Under the pieces are notes generated by a model. The model saw only the letters and a list, made by a program, of their open reading frames with translations. It was not told the origin of the DNA and made no database searches. Of a stretch of DNA of 64,000 bases, positions 1-9,052 are shown one piece after another. Position 1 is the first letter of the stretch. The number at the start of each line of letters is the position of its first letter. Made by a program: the position numbers and the translations under genes. Source of the DNA: Chitinophagales bacterium (lineage in GTDB: Bacteria > Bacteroidota > Bacteroidia > Chitinophagales > UBA8649); the NCBI GenBank assembly GCA_020635995.1, contig JACJYS010000001.1, forward strand, positions 370,191 through 434,190, written 5' to 3'.

Positions 1-417
1 ATCGCAATAGCTTAAATACATTTTTAACAAATCTCCAGCAAAAATACTGGCTTCATCTCCTCCTGTACCCGCACGTATTTCTAACATTACATCTTTGCTG
101 TCTTCAGGGTCTTTGGGTACTAATATTACTTTTATTTCCTCTTCTAAAGCTTCTTTTTGTTCGTTTAGCTCATCAAGTTCCATTTTAGCCATTTCTCGCA
201 TTTCTTCATCGCGTTCGTTAGCCAAAATTGATTTTGTGTTTTCTAAATTGCTAATTACATTTTTGTACTTATCATATATATTTTTTACTTCTTCAAGCTC
301 GGCATATTCTTTGCTTAAGCGGGTAAACTCTTTTATATCGTCCATTAAAGAAGGGTCAGACATTTTTTGCCTTACTTCTTCAAACTTAATTACTATGGGT
401 TCTAACTTATCTAACAT
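1..417 (-). CDS. prfA: peptide chain release factor 1, N-terminal 139 codons (3' end lies left of the window)
   Basis: Absent from the ORF track because no stop lies in the window. My minus-strand translation from the ATG at 417 reads [44 protein letters not shown]...[29 protein letters not shown]. This shows the RF1 N-terminal layout and the RAGTGGDEA motif, and it is in frame to base 1. Confidence 0.85.
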   Translation of the reverse strand, partial: MLDKLEPIVIKFEEVRQKMSDPSLMDDIKEFTRLSKEYAELEEVKNIYDKYKNVISNLENTKSILANERDEEMREMAKMELDELNEQKEALEEEIKVILVPKDPEDSKDVMLEIRAGTGGDEASIFAGDLLKMYLSYCD

Positions 418-423
418 CACGTG

Positions 424-431
424 CAAATATA
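424..431 (-). promoter_or_regulatory. candidate Bacteroidota -7 box (TATATTTG) upstream of prfA
   Basis: Minus-strand TAnnTTTG match 6 nt before the prfA ATG, implying a near-leaderless transcript. No -33 TTTG seen. Confidence 0.25.
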
Positions 432-514
432 CGGTTTTTGCAATTTACGCTTTACTTAAATTAACAGCATTTATTTATTTTTAGTTTTATATTAGCTCCT
501 TTATTTTGTGTAAC

Positions 515-1378
515 ATGAAAACATTAAAAACAACTATTATTTTATGGCTTGTATGCCTTAGCAGTTTTGCTCAAGATAAAGGCTTGCTGTGGGAAATAAG
601 CAAAGAGGGCTATCACACTTCATACTTATTTGGCACTATACACTTAAACCACGATAAAGTATTAGAAAACGACAGTGTGGTTTTACAAAAAATAAGCGAG
701 TGCAGTGCTTATGCAGGCGAAATTATACTGCAAGAAGAAGATATGATAAAAATGATGGGGTTTATTTTTGAAAAAGATAGTGCTAAGCAATGTCAAAATA
801 TTTTCACTAAAAAAGAGCTAAAAGAAATTAGTTTAGTTGTAGAAGAAAAAAAAGGAGCTATTATGGCAATGTTTGTTCCAAAAATGTCGCCATATATTGT
901 TGCTACTATACTTTCTATTCCGGATGAATTGGGTGCGGCAAGCGGAACTGCTTTTTTAGATATTTATTTACAAAACTTTGCCGATAGTTTGGGTTTAGCA
1001 TTAATAAGTTTAGAAAGTGTGGAGAGTCAAATGGCATATTTAAGCAATATTCCTATTGCAGAACAAAAAGATCATTTGCTGAGTATAGTAAATAATATAG
1101 ATGCTAAAGAGGAGGAAACAAATGATATAGTAGAACTTTATAAGAACGGAGATTTACAAAAAATTGAAAATATGATTATAGAAATGGCAGGCACAGACCC
1201 TATTATGAATGATGATTTTATGATAGAAAGGAATATTATTCATAAAAATGGAATGATAAATGCCATGAAACAGCAAGCTACATTTACGGCAGTAGGTGCT
1301 GCTCATTTAGCTGGCGAGCAAGGTATTATTAACTTGCTAAGAGGAGAGGGTTTTAGTGTTGAAGCGGTACAATTTTAA
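515..1378 (+). CDS. TraB/GumN family protein, secreted
   Basis: Signal peptide MKTLKTTIILWLVCLSSFAQ. 'LFGTIHL' and C-terminal 'VGAAHLAG' are typical of the GumN/TraB family. I prefer the ATG at 515 over the track's TTG at 506. Confidence 0.7.
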   Translation: MKTLKTTIILWLVCLSSFAQDKGLLWEISKEGYHTSYLFGTIHLNHDKVLENDSVVLQKISECSAYAGEIILQEEDMIKMMGFIFEKDSAKQCQNIFTKKELKEISLVVEEKKGAIMAMFVPKMSPYIVATILSIPDELGAASGTAFLDIYLQNFADSLGLALISLESVESQMAYLSNIPIAEQKDHLLSIVNNIDAKEEETNDIVELYKNGDLQKIENMIIEMAGTDPIMNDDFMIERNIIHKNGMINAMKQQATFTAVGAAHLAGEQGIINLLRGEGFSVEAVQF

Positions 1379-1419
1379 TATATGAATCTCTAAAAATTTA
1401 TTCCCTCAATCTTTATCCT

Positions 1420-1427
1420 TATTTTTG
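1420..1427 (+). promoter_or_regulatory. candidate -7 box (TATTTTTG) upstream of tyrS
   Basis: TAnnTTTG match 22 nt upstream of the tyrS ATG. This is the same spacing as at several other operon starts in this window. Confidence 0.35.
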
Positions 1428-1449
1428 CAAAAAAAATTAATTGTAATAC

Positions 1450-2745
1450 ATGAATTTAGTAGAAGAATTACGCTGGAGAGGTTTAATACACGATATGATG
1501 CCGGGAACAGAAGAACAACTGGCAAAAGAAAGCACTACGGCTTATATTGGCTTTGACCCAACGTCTGACAGCTTGCACATAGGAAGCCTTGTGCCTATTA
1601 TTTTATTAATGCACTTAAAAAATTATGGACACCGACCTATAGCTTTAGTAGGTGGTGCTACGGGTATGATAGGCGATCCCAGCGGTAAAAGCGATGAAAG
1701 AAACCTGCTAAATGAAGAAGAATTAGCTAAAAATGTGGCAGGAATTAAAAATGTATTATCCCGATTTTTAGATTTTGATTCAAGCAAAGAAAATGCTCCG
1801 CTTTTAGTTAATAATTACGATTGGATGAAAGATTTTACTTTCATAGCATTTGCCAGAGATGTGGGAAAACGCATAACTGTTAACTACATGATGGCTAAAG
1901 ATTCCGTAAAAAAACGCTTAACAGGCGAAGCAGGTAGCGGTATGTCTTTTACAGAGTTTACTTACCAATTAATTCAAGGTTACGATTTTTACCATTTGCA
2001 CAAAACCTACAATTGTGTGCTACAAATGGGCGGTAGCGACCAGTGGGGAAACATAACTACAGGCACTGAGCTGGTACGCAGAATGAACGATGAGGAAACC
2101 AAAGCTTTTGCTCTTACTTGCCCTTTAATTACTAAAGCCGATGGGAGTAAATTTGGCAAAAGTGAAGGAGGCAATGTTTGGTTAGATGCCGACAAAACTT
2201 CTCCGTACAAATTTTATCAGTTTTGGCTAAACGCTACAGATGAAGATGCCGAAAACTATATTAAAATCTTTACGTTTAAAACACAAAATGAAGTAGAAAA
2301 ACTAATAAACGAACATAAAGAAGCTCCTCATTTACGTACTTTACAAAAAGCATTAGCAGCCAGTATTACCGAAATGGTACATGGCAAGGATGCTTTAGAA
2401 ACTGCCATTACTGCAAGTGGTATTTTGTTTGGCAAACCCAATGTAGATGAACTTAACAAACTAAGCGAAAAAGATATGCTTGAAGTTTTTGAAGGTGTGC
2501 CTACTTTTAGTTTGGCTAAAGATGAGCTAAAAAAAGAAATTCCTATTGTAGATTTTTTAGCAGAAAAAACAGGAATTTTGCCAAGTAATGGCGAAGTAAG
2601 ACGAGCCTTAAAAGAAAACTCTTTAAGCATTAATAAAGAGAAGATTAATGATGAAAAAACCATAAGCCAAGCCGATGTGCTTAAAAATGGTTTTATATTA
2701 GCTCAGCGTGGTAAAAAGAATTACTTTTTGGTAAAAGTATCTTAA
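1450..2745 (+). CDS. tyrS: tyrosine--tRNA ligase
   Basis: Class I motifs 'DSLHIGSL' (HIGH) and 'KFGKS' (KMSKS). Also 'GGSDQWGNI' and an S4-like C-terminus. 431 aa. Confidence 0.95.
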   Translation: MNLVEELRWRGLIHDMMPGTEEQLAKESTTAYIGFDPTSDSLHIGSLVPIILLMHLKNYGHRPIALVGGATGMIGDPSGKSDERNLLNEEELAKNVAGIKNVLSRFLDFDSSKENAPLLVNNYDWMKDFTFIAFARDVGKRITVNYMMAKDSVKKRLTGEAGSGMSFTEFTYQLIQGYDFYHLHKTYNCVLQMGGSDQWGNITTGTELVRRMNDEETKAFALTCPLITKADGSKFGKSEGGNVWLDADKTSPYKFYQFWLNATDEDAENYIKIFTFKTQNEVEKLINEHKEAPHLRTLQKALAASITEMVHGKDALETAITASGILFGKPNVDELNKLSEKDMLEVFEGVPTFSLAKDELKKEIPIVDFLAEKTGILPSNGEVRRALKENSLSINKEKINDEKTISQADVLKNGFILAQRGKKNYFLVKVS

Positions 2746-2831
2746 TCAGCGTTTTCTTTAATATTTATTTTTTTATCGTAAATTAGCAAATGCAATGCGT
2801 GCATTGTATTTTTAAAACCAAGCTAATTTAT

Positions 2832-4289
2832 ATGAATCACTATAAAATAATCATTATAGGAAGTGGATTTGGTGGACAGTGTGCCGCCATCAACTTGCTA
2901 AAACAGCATATCAGTGACTTTTGTATATTAGAAAGGCGGTCTTTTATGGGTGGCACGTGGTGTCAAAACACCTACCCCGGTGCGGCTGTAGATGTTCAAT
3001 CACCATTATATTCGCTTTCTTTTGAGCCTTATAATTGGTCGCAAATGTTTGCAGAACAAAAAGAGCTAAATGAATATACCAACTATGTAATAGACAAATA
3101 TAAACTAAGAGAAAAAACAAAAATAAACACCAATGTAGAAGAAATAAAATGGAACGAAAACCAAAGTAAATGGGAAATTTCTACAAATAATGGTTTATTT
3201 TCTGCCCAGTTTATTATTAACGCTTCCGGTCCGCTAAGCACGCCTACTATTCCAAATTTTAAAGGTAAAGATTCTTTTAAAAATGAATCTTTTCATACTA
3301 ACGATTGGAATTGGGACTATGACTACAAAAACAAAAAAGTAGCTGTGGTAGGTAGCGGAGCCAGTGCCGCACAGGTTATTCCTACTATAGCTAAAGATGT
3401 TAAAGAACTACACGTTTTTCAAAGAACGCCACATTGGGTGATGCCACGGCACGACCATGTTTTTACTAAGTTTGAACGCAAGCTTCTCAGCAATAAATTT
3501 ATCTACAAAATTATTAGAACCACAATTTATTGGGCATTAGAATCCAGAGTTATTGGCTTTAAATATTCCGATTTTTTGCTAAAAATTGTAGCTCAGAATA
3601 AAGCGGAAAAACTCATTAAAAAAACCTTTAAAAATAATAAAGAATTGCAAGAAAAAGTAACGCCCAACTATACTATAGGTTGCAAAAGAATTATTCTTTC
3701 AAATACTTTATACCCTACTTTTAATCAAAAAAATGTTTTTTTACACGCTAAAACAGGTGCCATTGCTGAAATAACTGAGAATGCTATTATCACAACTCAA
3801 AACGACAAAATAGATTTAGATTTAATAGTTTATGCCACCGGCTACGATGCCACAGATGGTGTTATTTCTTATCCGGTTATAGGTAAAAACAATATACTTT
3901 TACAAGATTATTGGGAAGCTTTTCCCCGGGCATATTTAGGCACTACTATTCCAAATTTTCCTAATTTTTTTGTTGTTACAGGCCCTAATACCGGCATAGG
4001 GCACACTTCTGCTATTTTTATTATAGAAGCTCAAATGCATTACATATTAAAAAGTATAAATGCCGTAGATAAACAACAAAAACAATTTATAGAAGTAACG
4101 CAGGAAGCAGAAGCTAGATATACCGAAAATATCCATAAAGAAATGGAAAAAACCGTGTGGCAAAGTGGTGGATGCAATAGCTGGTATAAAAGTAAAAGCG
4201 GGCATGTTATTGCTATGTTTCCAGGTTTTAGTTTTACCTATTTAAAACTGGCTAAAAATTTCAAACTTAAAGACCATAAACTAACATGA
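2832..4289 (+). CDS. FAD/NADPH-dependent flavin monooxygenase, Baeyer-Villiger type
   Basis: FAD GxGxxG 'IIGSGFGGQ' and a second dinucleotide motif 'VVGSGASAAQ'. BVMO-like fingerprint variant 'FKNESFHTNDWN' (FxGxxxHxxxW with G replaced by N). About 485 aa. ATG at 2832 preferred over the track start at 2790. Confidence 0.7.
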   Translation: MNHYKIIIIGSGFGGQCAAINLLKQHISDFCILERRSFMGGTWCQNTYPGAAVDVQSPLYSLSFEPYNWSQMFAEQKELNEYTNYVIDKYKLREKTKINTNVEEIKWNENQSKWEISTNNGLFSAQFIINASGPLSTPTIPNFKGKDSFKNESFHTNDWNWDYDYKNKKVAVVGSGASAAQVIPTIAKDVKELHVFQRTPHWVMPRHDHVFTKFERKLLSNKFIYKIIRTTIYWALESRVIGFKYSDFLLKIVAQNKAEKLIKKTFKNNKELQEKVTPNYTIGCKRIILSNTLYPTFNQKNVFLHAKTGAIAEITENAIITTQNDKIDLDLIVYATGYDATDGVISYPVIGKNNILLQDYWEAFPRAYLGTTIPNFPNFFVVTGPNTGIGHTSAIFIIEAQMHYILKSINAVDKQQKQFIEVTQEAEARYTENIHKEMEKTVWQSGGCNSWYKSKSGHVIAMFPGFSFTYLKLAKNFKLKDHKLT

Positions 4290-5107
4290 GAGATTTTAAA
4301 GATAAAATAGCGGTAATAACCGGAGCGGGTTCCGGCATGGGAAGAGCTTATGCTCTTGAGTTTGCAAAGCTCGGTTCAAAATTAGCATTAAATGATTTTG
4401 ATAAAAATGGACTTGAAGAAACTGCCAATTTGATAAAAAACAATTATCAAAATGAGATTTATACGGAATGTTTTGATGTTTCAGATACAGTAGCTATGCT
4501 AAATTTTGCTCAGAATGTAGCTCAACAGTTGGGCAAAGCACATGTAGTAATAAACAATGCTGGAATTGAAGGCTCGGTAGAAGCATTTTATCATACTGAT
4601 GTGGCGGATATAAAAAAGGTAATGAACGTCAACTTTTATGGCGTGGTAAACGGATGCAAAGCATTTTTGCCACAGTTAGTAGAAAATAATGAAGGTGCTA
4701 TTGTAAATGTTTCCAGTATATTTGGCTTAGTAGGTACGCCTAACCACAGCGATTATTGTGCGAGCAAATTTGCCGTAAGAGGTTTTACTGAAGCTTTGTG
4801 TGCTGAATTTGTAAACAGCCCAATTAGCATAACTTGCTTGCATCCGGGAGGTATTGATACCAACATAGTAAGAAAAGACGGAGGAAAAGCTTTTTCTAAA
4901 AAATATTTGAGTACTCCACCCGAAAAAATAGTAAAACACGTAATTAAAAGCATAAAAAGGAAAAAAGTAAAGATAGTTTATGGCAAAAGTTCATTTAAAA
5001 CATGGTTAGGTTCTAACATTGTACCACAGGGAATTTTAGTAAAAATAATTTGGAACGAAATGAAAAAAGTAGTTAACACCAAAAAATACAGTGATTTTAT
5101 TAAATAA
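4286..5107 (+). CDS. short-chain dehydrogenase/reductase (SDR)
   Basis: 'TGAGSGMG', 'NNAG' and catalytic 'YCASK'. Its start overlaps the monooxygenase stop (ATGA). Confidence 0.85.
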   Translation: MRDFKDKIAVITGAGSGMGRAYALEFAKLGSKLALNDFDKNGLEETANLIKNNYQNEIYTECFDVSDTVAMLNFAQNVAQQLGKAHVVINNAGIEGSVEAFYHTDVADIKKVMNVNFYGVVNGCKAFLPQLVENNEGAIVNVSSIFGLVGTPNHSDYCASKFAVRGFTEALCAEFVNSPISITCLHPGGIDTNIVRKDGGKAFSKKYLSTPPEKIVKHVIKSIKRKKVKIVYGKSSFKTWLGSNIVPQGILVKIIWNEMKKVVNTKKYSDFIK

Positions 5108-5113
5108 AGCAAA

Positions 5114-5932
5114 ATGAAAGATTTTAAAAATAAAGTAGCGGTAGTAACGGGCGGTGGCGGTAGCGGAATAGGAAATCATTTAGTGGTTGAATTAGCTAAA
5201 AAGGGAGCAAAAATTGCTTTTTGTGATATTGCGGATATAGAAAAAACTTTAGCGGATATTAAACCGTACAATACGGATGTTTATAGTGAAAAAGTGGACA
5301 TGGGCAACAAAGAAGCCATAAAACGCTTTGTTCAAAATGTAATCCATCACTTTGGAGGTGTTAATCTATTAATAAATAATGCCGGAATAGCACTTGGCGA
5401 TATTTCTTTTGACAAGGTAAGTGAGCAAGATTTTGAGAAAATAACCAATATCAATTATTGGGGAGTTGTATATAGCACACAGTTTTTTTATCCTTATTTA
5501 TTAAAAGAAAAAGAAGCCGCTATTGTAAATTTATCCAGTTCGCAAGGTATTTTAGCTCTTCCGTATTTAGTGCCTTACTGTACCACAAAATTTGCGGTAA
5601 GGGGTTTTACAGATGCATTAAGAGTTGAAAACAGTGTGAGAGGAATTAAAAATGTAACCGTACACACCGTTCATCCGGGGAGAGTAGCCACGGATATTAC
5701 TTTGCATGCTGATTATAGTGGCCCCAGAACAAATGCTTTTCATAATGAACTGCAAGCAGGCACTTCTGCTCAAAAAGCTGCCGAAATAATATTAAAAGGC
5801 GTACAAAAAAATAAAGCCAGAATTTTTATAAGCGATGGCAAACTACAAGATTTAGTTGCCCGACTTTTTCCCAGCCATGTAGATAAAATAGCTAAGTTTG
5901 TTATGAAGCTTAAAAAGTTGCCAACAAACTAA
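5114..5932 (+). CDS. short-chain dehydrogenase/reductase (SDR), paralog of the preceding gene
   Basis: 'TGGGGSGIG', 'NNAG' and 'YCTTK'. Same N-terminal 'M(R/K)DFK(D/N)K(I/V)AV(I/V)TG' as the upstream SDR. Confidence 0.85.
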   Translation: MKDFKNKVAVVTGGGGSGIGNHLVVELAKKGAKIAFCDIADIEKTLADIKPYNTDVYSEKVDMGNKEAIKRFVQNVIHHFGGVNLLINNAGIALGDISFDKVSEQDFEKITNINYWGVVYSTQFFYPYLLKEKEAAIVNLSSSQGILALPYLVPYCTTKFAVRGFTDALRVENSVRGIKNVTVHTVHPGRVATDITLHADYSGPRTNAFHNELQAGTSAQKAAEIILKGVQKNKARIFISDGKLQDLVARLFPSHVDKIAKFVMKLKKLPTN

Positions 5933-5943
5933 CTATCAAGAGC

Positions 5944-6906
5944 TTATAGTATAGAATCTATAATTTTATCGGTGCTAAAACCTTCGGCTTCGGCTTTGTA
6001 GTTTTTAAATATACGGTGGCGTAATACAGGTTTTGCCACAGCACGCACATCTTCTATATCTGGGCTATATTTTCCTCTTAGTGCAGCATGGCATTTTGCT
6101 CCTATTACTAAATATTGGGCAGCTCTGGGTCCTGCTCCCCACGCTACATAATCGTTAATTAACTGCGGAGCACTTTCTTTGCCTACTCTTGTTTTGTTTA
6201 CTAATTTAACGGCATATTCCAGTACATTGTCTGCTATTGGTATTCTTCTTACTAAACCCTGAAAAAAGATAATTTCTTCTGCACCTAAAAGTTTATTTGC
6301 GGTATTGCTTGTTCCAGAAGTGGTAGCTTTTACTACTTGTACTTCTTCTTCGTAGCTGGGATAGTCTAAAATAATATTAAACATAAAACGGTCAAGCTGA
6401 GCTTCCGGAAGTGGATAGGTGCCTTCTTGTTCTATGGGGTTTTGCGTAGCTAATACAAAAAATGGATTAGGCAATTTATTTTCTACACCATTTATAGTAA
6501 CAGATTTTTCTTGCATGGCTTCTAATAATGCTGCCTGTGTTTTGGGTGGCGTACGGTTTATTTCGTCTGCTAAAATAATATTAGAAAATATAGGTCCTTT
6601 TGTGAATTTAAAACTTCTATTTTCATCTAAAATTTCAGCTCCTACTATATCGCTGGGCATTAAGTCCGGAGTAAACTGAATTCTGTTAAAACTCAAATCT
6701 AACACTTCTGAAATGGTATTAACCAACAAGGTTTTAGCCAAACCGGGTACACCTACTAAAAGGCTGTGTCCATTGCTAAATATTGAAGCTAATACAAAAT
6801 CTACTGCTTCGTTTTGACCTATTATTACTTTTGCTATTTCTGCTCTTAAATCTTTATACTTTTGTGCTAATGCATCTACTGCTTCTACATCATTTTTAAA
6901 ATTCAT
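5944..6906 (-). CDS. MoxR-family AAA+ ATPase
   Basis: Walker A 'GVPGLAKT' and Walker B/AAA_3 stretch 'ILADEINRTPPKTQAALLEAMQE'. 320 aa. Confidence 0.85.
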   Translation of the reverse strand: MNFKNDVEAVDALAQKYKDLRAEIAKVIIGQNEAVDFVLASIFSNGHSLLVGVPGLAKTLLVNTISEVLDLSFNRIQFTPDLMPSDIVGAEILDENRSFKFTKGPIFSNIILADEINRTPPKTQAALLEAMQEKSVTINGVENKLPNPFFVLATQNPIEQEGTYPLPEAQLDRFMFNIILDYPSYEEEVQVVKATTSGTSNTANKLLGAEEIIFFQGLVRRIPIADNVLEYAVKLVNKTRVGKESAPQLINDYVAWGAGPRAAQYLVIGAKCHAALRGKYSPDIEDVRAVAKPVLRHRIFKNYKAEAEGFSTDKIIDSIL

Positions 6907-6929
6907 ATACTACTACTTTGTTTGTTAGA

Positions 6930-8267
6930 TTAGTTTATTATTAAATCGCAATGTTGATAATCTTCGTTTACTTTTATATAGATATTTTCAGCTTTTTTGG
7001 CTAACCATTTTTCCATTTCTGCATTTTGTTTAGCTTGTTTTGCCACGGCTTTTATTTTGCTATAATCTGTATTTATATTGGCTAAATGTGCCGGGCTTTC
7101 CGACTGCAAAAATAAAATTCTATACCCTGTTTTTCCGTCTAAAGCGGTATATGGCATTACTGTAGATATATCTCCTACTTCCATATTATCTAATGCCAAT
7201 GCTACGTTTCCGTCTAACTGGCTCATTTCAAAAAATGTATTTCCTGTGTTGGGATTGGTCATTAATCCACCATTTTGCTTGCTCTGCTCATCTTTTGAAT
7301 ATTTAGAAACTGCTTCTTGGTACGTGATTTTTTTGTTTATTAAATCATCATAAATTTCGTTTGCTTTCTCTTCTGCATTAAGTAAGTTTTCATTATCAAT
7401 ATCGGGAGTTATTAAAATATGTCGGGTACTTATTCTATCTCCTTTTCTGTCTATCATTTGAATAATATGATAACCAAATTCTGTTTCTACTACTTCTGAA
7501 ATTTCATCTTTTTTTAGTCTAAAAGCTACCGCCTCAAATTCGGGTACAAACTGCCCACGCTTTACATAGCCTAATTCTCCATCATTATTTGCCGAGCCCG
7601 GGTCATCGGAATACAATAATGCTTGAAAACCAAATCCGCTTCCATCTAAAATATCTTGTCTTATTTTCTCGGCTTTTTCTTTTGCCGCACGTTTTTGTAT
7701 AAGTGTAGGTTCTGCATAAATAACTATTTGTCCCACTTCTACTTCTGCATTAAAATATGGCAAACTATCTATAGGAATTGAATTGTAAAACTCCATTACT
7801 TCTTCCGGAGTAACATCTAAGTCTGCAAAAGCTTGTCCTCTCATTTTATCCGACAACAATTGCTGATAAATATCGTCTCTAAATTCTTCTTTTAAATCAA
7901 ACAATGATTTTCCGTAGTATTCTTCCAGTTTTTCGCTAGAACCAAACATATTTATAAAATATTCTATTCTTCTATTTAATTCATTATCTACCTCATCATT
8001 TGTTACTTCTATACTGTCTATTCCTGCTTGCACTACAAATATTTTATCTATAATAAGCTGGTTTAGCACTTCGCAGGTTAAATCTTCTGTTAGGGTATAA
8101 TTTTGCTCTTTTATTTGCCCCAGTTGTATATCTAAATCAGATTTTAATATAACCTTATCATCTACAACAGCCACTATGCCATCTATAACTTGTGCATGAG
8201 CACTGCTATACAATAAAACTACTAAAAGTAGATACCTGGCAACGTTATTTATATATTTCAATTTCAT
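6930..8267 (-). CDS. SurA-like periplasmic peptidyl-prolyl isomerase/chaperone
   Basis: Signal peptide, SurA-type N-terminus 'IDGIVAVVDDKVILKSDLD', and parvulin core 'FGYHIIQM'. Confidence 0.8.
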   Translation of the reverse strand: MKLKYINNVARYLLLVVLLYSSAHAQVIDGIVAVVDDKVILKSDLDIQLGQIKEQNYTLTEDLTCEVLNQLIIDKIFVVQAGIDSIEVTNDEVDNELNRRIEYFINMFGSSEKLEEYYGKSLFDLKEEFRDDIYQQLLSDKMRGQAFADLDVTPEEVMEFYNSIPIDSLPYFNAEVEVGQIVIYAEPTLIQKRAAKEKAEKIRQDILDGSGFGFQALLYSDDPGSANNDGELGYVKRGQFVPEFEAVAFRLKKDEISEVVETEFGYHIIQMIDRKGDRISTRHILITPDIDNENLLNAEEKANEIYDDLINKKITYQEAVSKYSKDEQSKQNGGLMTNPNTGNTFFEMSQLDGNVALALDNMEVGDISTVMPYTALDGKTGYRILFLQSESPAHLANINTDYSKIKAVAKQAKQNAEMEKWLAKKAENIYIKVNEDYQHCDLIIN

Positions 8268-9051
8268 TATTTTTTTGAGTGTTTAAAAACAAATCTTTTT
8301 GCTTTTTATCCAATATTTTATTTGCTTTTTGAAATTCTAAGATACTTATTATTTCGCTACTTACTAATTCTAAAGGCATTAGTTCGCCTTTATTTCTTTT
8401 ATCTGTTATTCTGTACAAAAGTACTTTTTCGTCATTCAAATAAAATGATTGGAATTTTACTTTGGTTACCCATAAATATTCCGGCAAACCTATTTCAGTA
8501 ATTATATCTTCGCTAATCCACGTTGGGCTTAATATACAGTCATTAGGATGCTGCGAACATACTTCTGAAACAAGTACATTTTCTTCATTTCTATTTAAAG
8601 ATTCTAAGACTTCATCTATGTTAGATATTTTACTATCTAATTTAACAAACTCTATCTTGTAAAGATTATCTAAATTTTGATACTTATTATTATTTTCTTT
8701 AAAATATTTTACTATTTCGTCATCGCCTACGGTTATATTGTTTTCCTTTACAAATTTTTCTTTGTAAGTGGTTATATAAAGGCTTTTTTCATATTGTTTT
8801 ACCTTTTCTTCTATATCGGTAGTGTTTTCCAGTTCTTTTTTGGCTGTCAAATACCAAAGTTCATTATTTACCCAACTATCTATTTGAGTACTGCTTATTT
8901 GCTTTACATCTTCAGCAGTATAGTCTTCGCCCAATATGGTTGAAGGATAAAGATACTCTCCCTTCACTTTTGCCAAAGGATTTTCATCTTTTTTGTGGCT
9001 ATTATTACATGAAAATAACAATATAGATAATATGAAAATAAACCGCCTCAA
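8245..9051 (-). CDS. lipoprotein, SurA/PpiD-like chaperone scaffold without a recognisable parvulin core
   Basis: Lipobox 'LLFSC'. Chaperone-like segments ('LAKVKGEYLY', 'DEIVKYFKENNNKY'). Sits between two PPIase genes with a 1-nt gap and a 23-nt overlap. Confidence 0.45.
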   Translation of the reverse strand: MRRFIFILSILLFSCNNSHKKDENPLAKVKGEYLYPSTILGEDYTAEDVKQISSTQIDSWVNNELWYLTAKKELENTTDIEEKVKQYEKSLYITTYKEKFVKENNITVGDDEIVKYFKENNNKYQNLDNLYKIEFVKLDSKISNIDEVLESLNRNEENVLVSEVCSQHPNDCILSPTWISEDIITEIGLPEYLWVTKVKFQSFYLNDEKVLLYRITDKRNKGELMPLELVSSEIISILEFQKANKILDKKQKDLFLNTQKNNEIEIYK

Positions 9052-9052
9052 T

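Noticed and set aside
95-484. 129-aa plus-strand ORF from the track (Ser/Ile-rich, low complexity)
   Set aside because: It lies antisense to a clear prfA reading frame (1-417, minus). Its composition is typical of a shadow ORF in AT-rich DNA.
2793-2806. Inverted repeat CAATGC-GT-GCATTG 26 nt upstream of the monooxygenase ATG, as a possible operator
   Set aside because: The arms are short (6 bp) and there is no regulator gene nearby. It also falls inside the alternative long ORF start, so there is too little evidence to call it a binding site.
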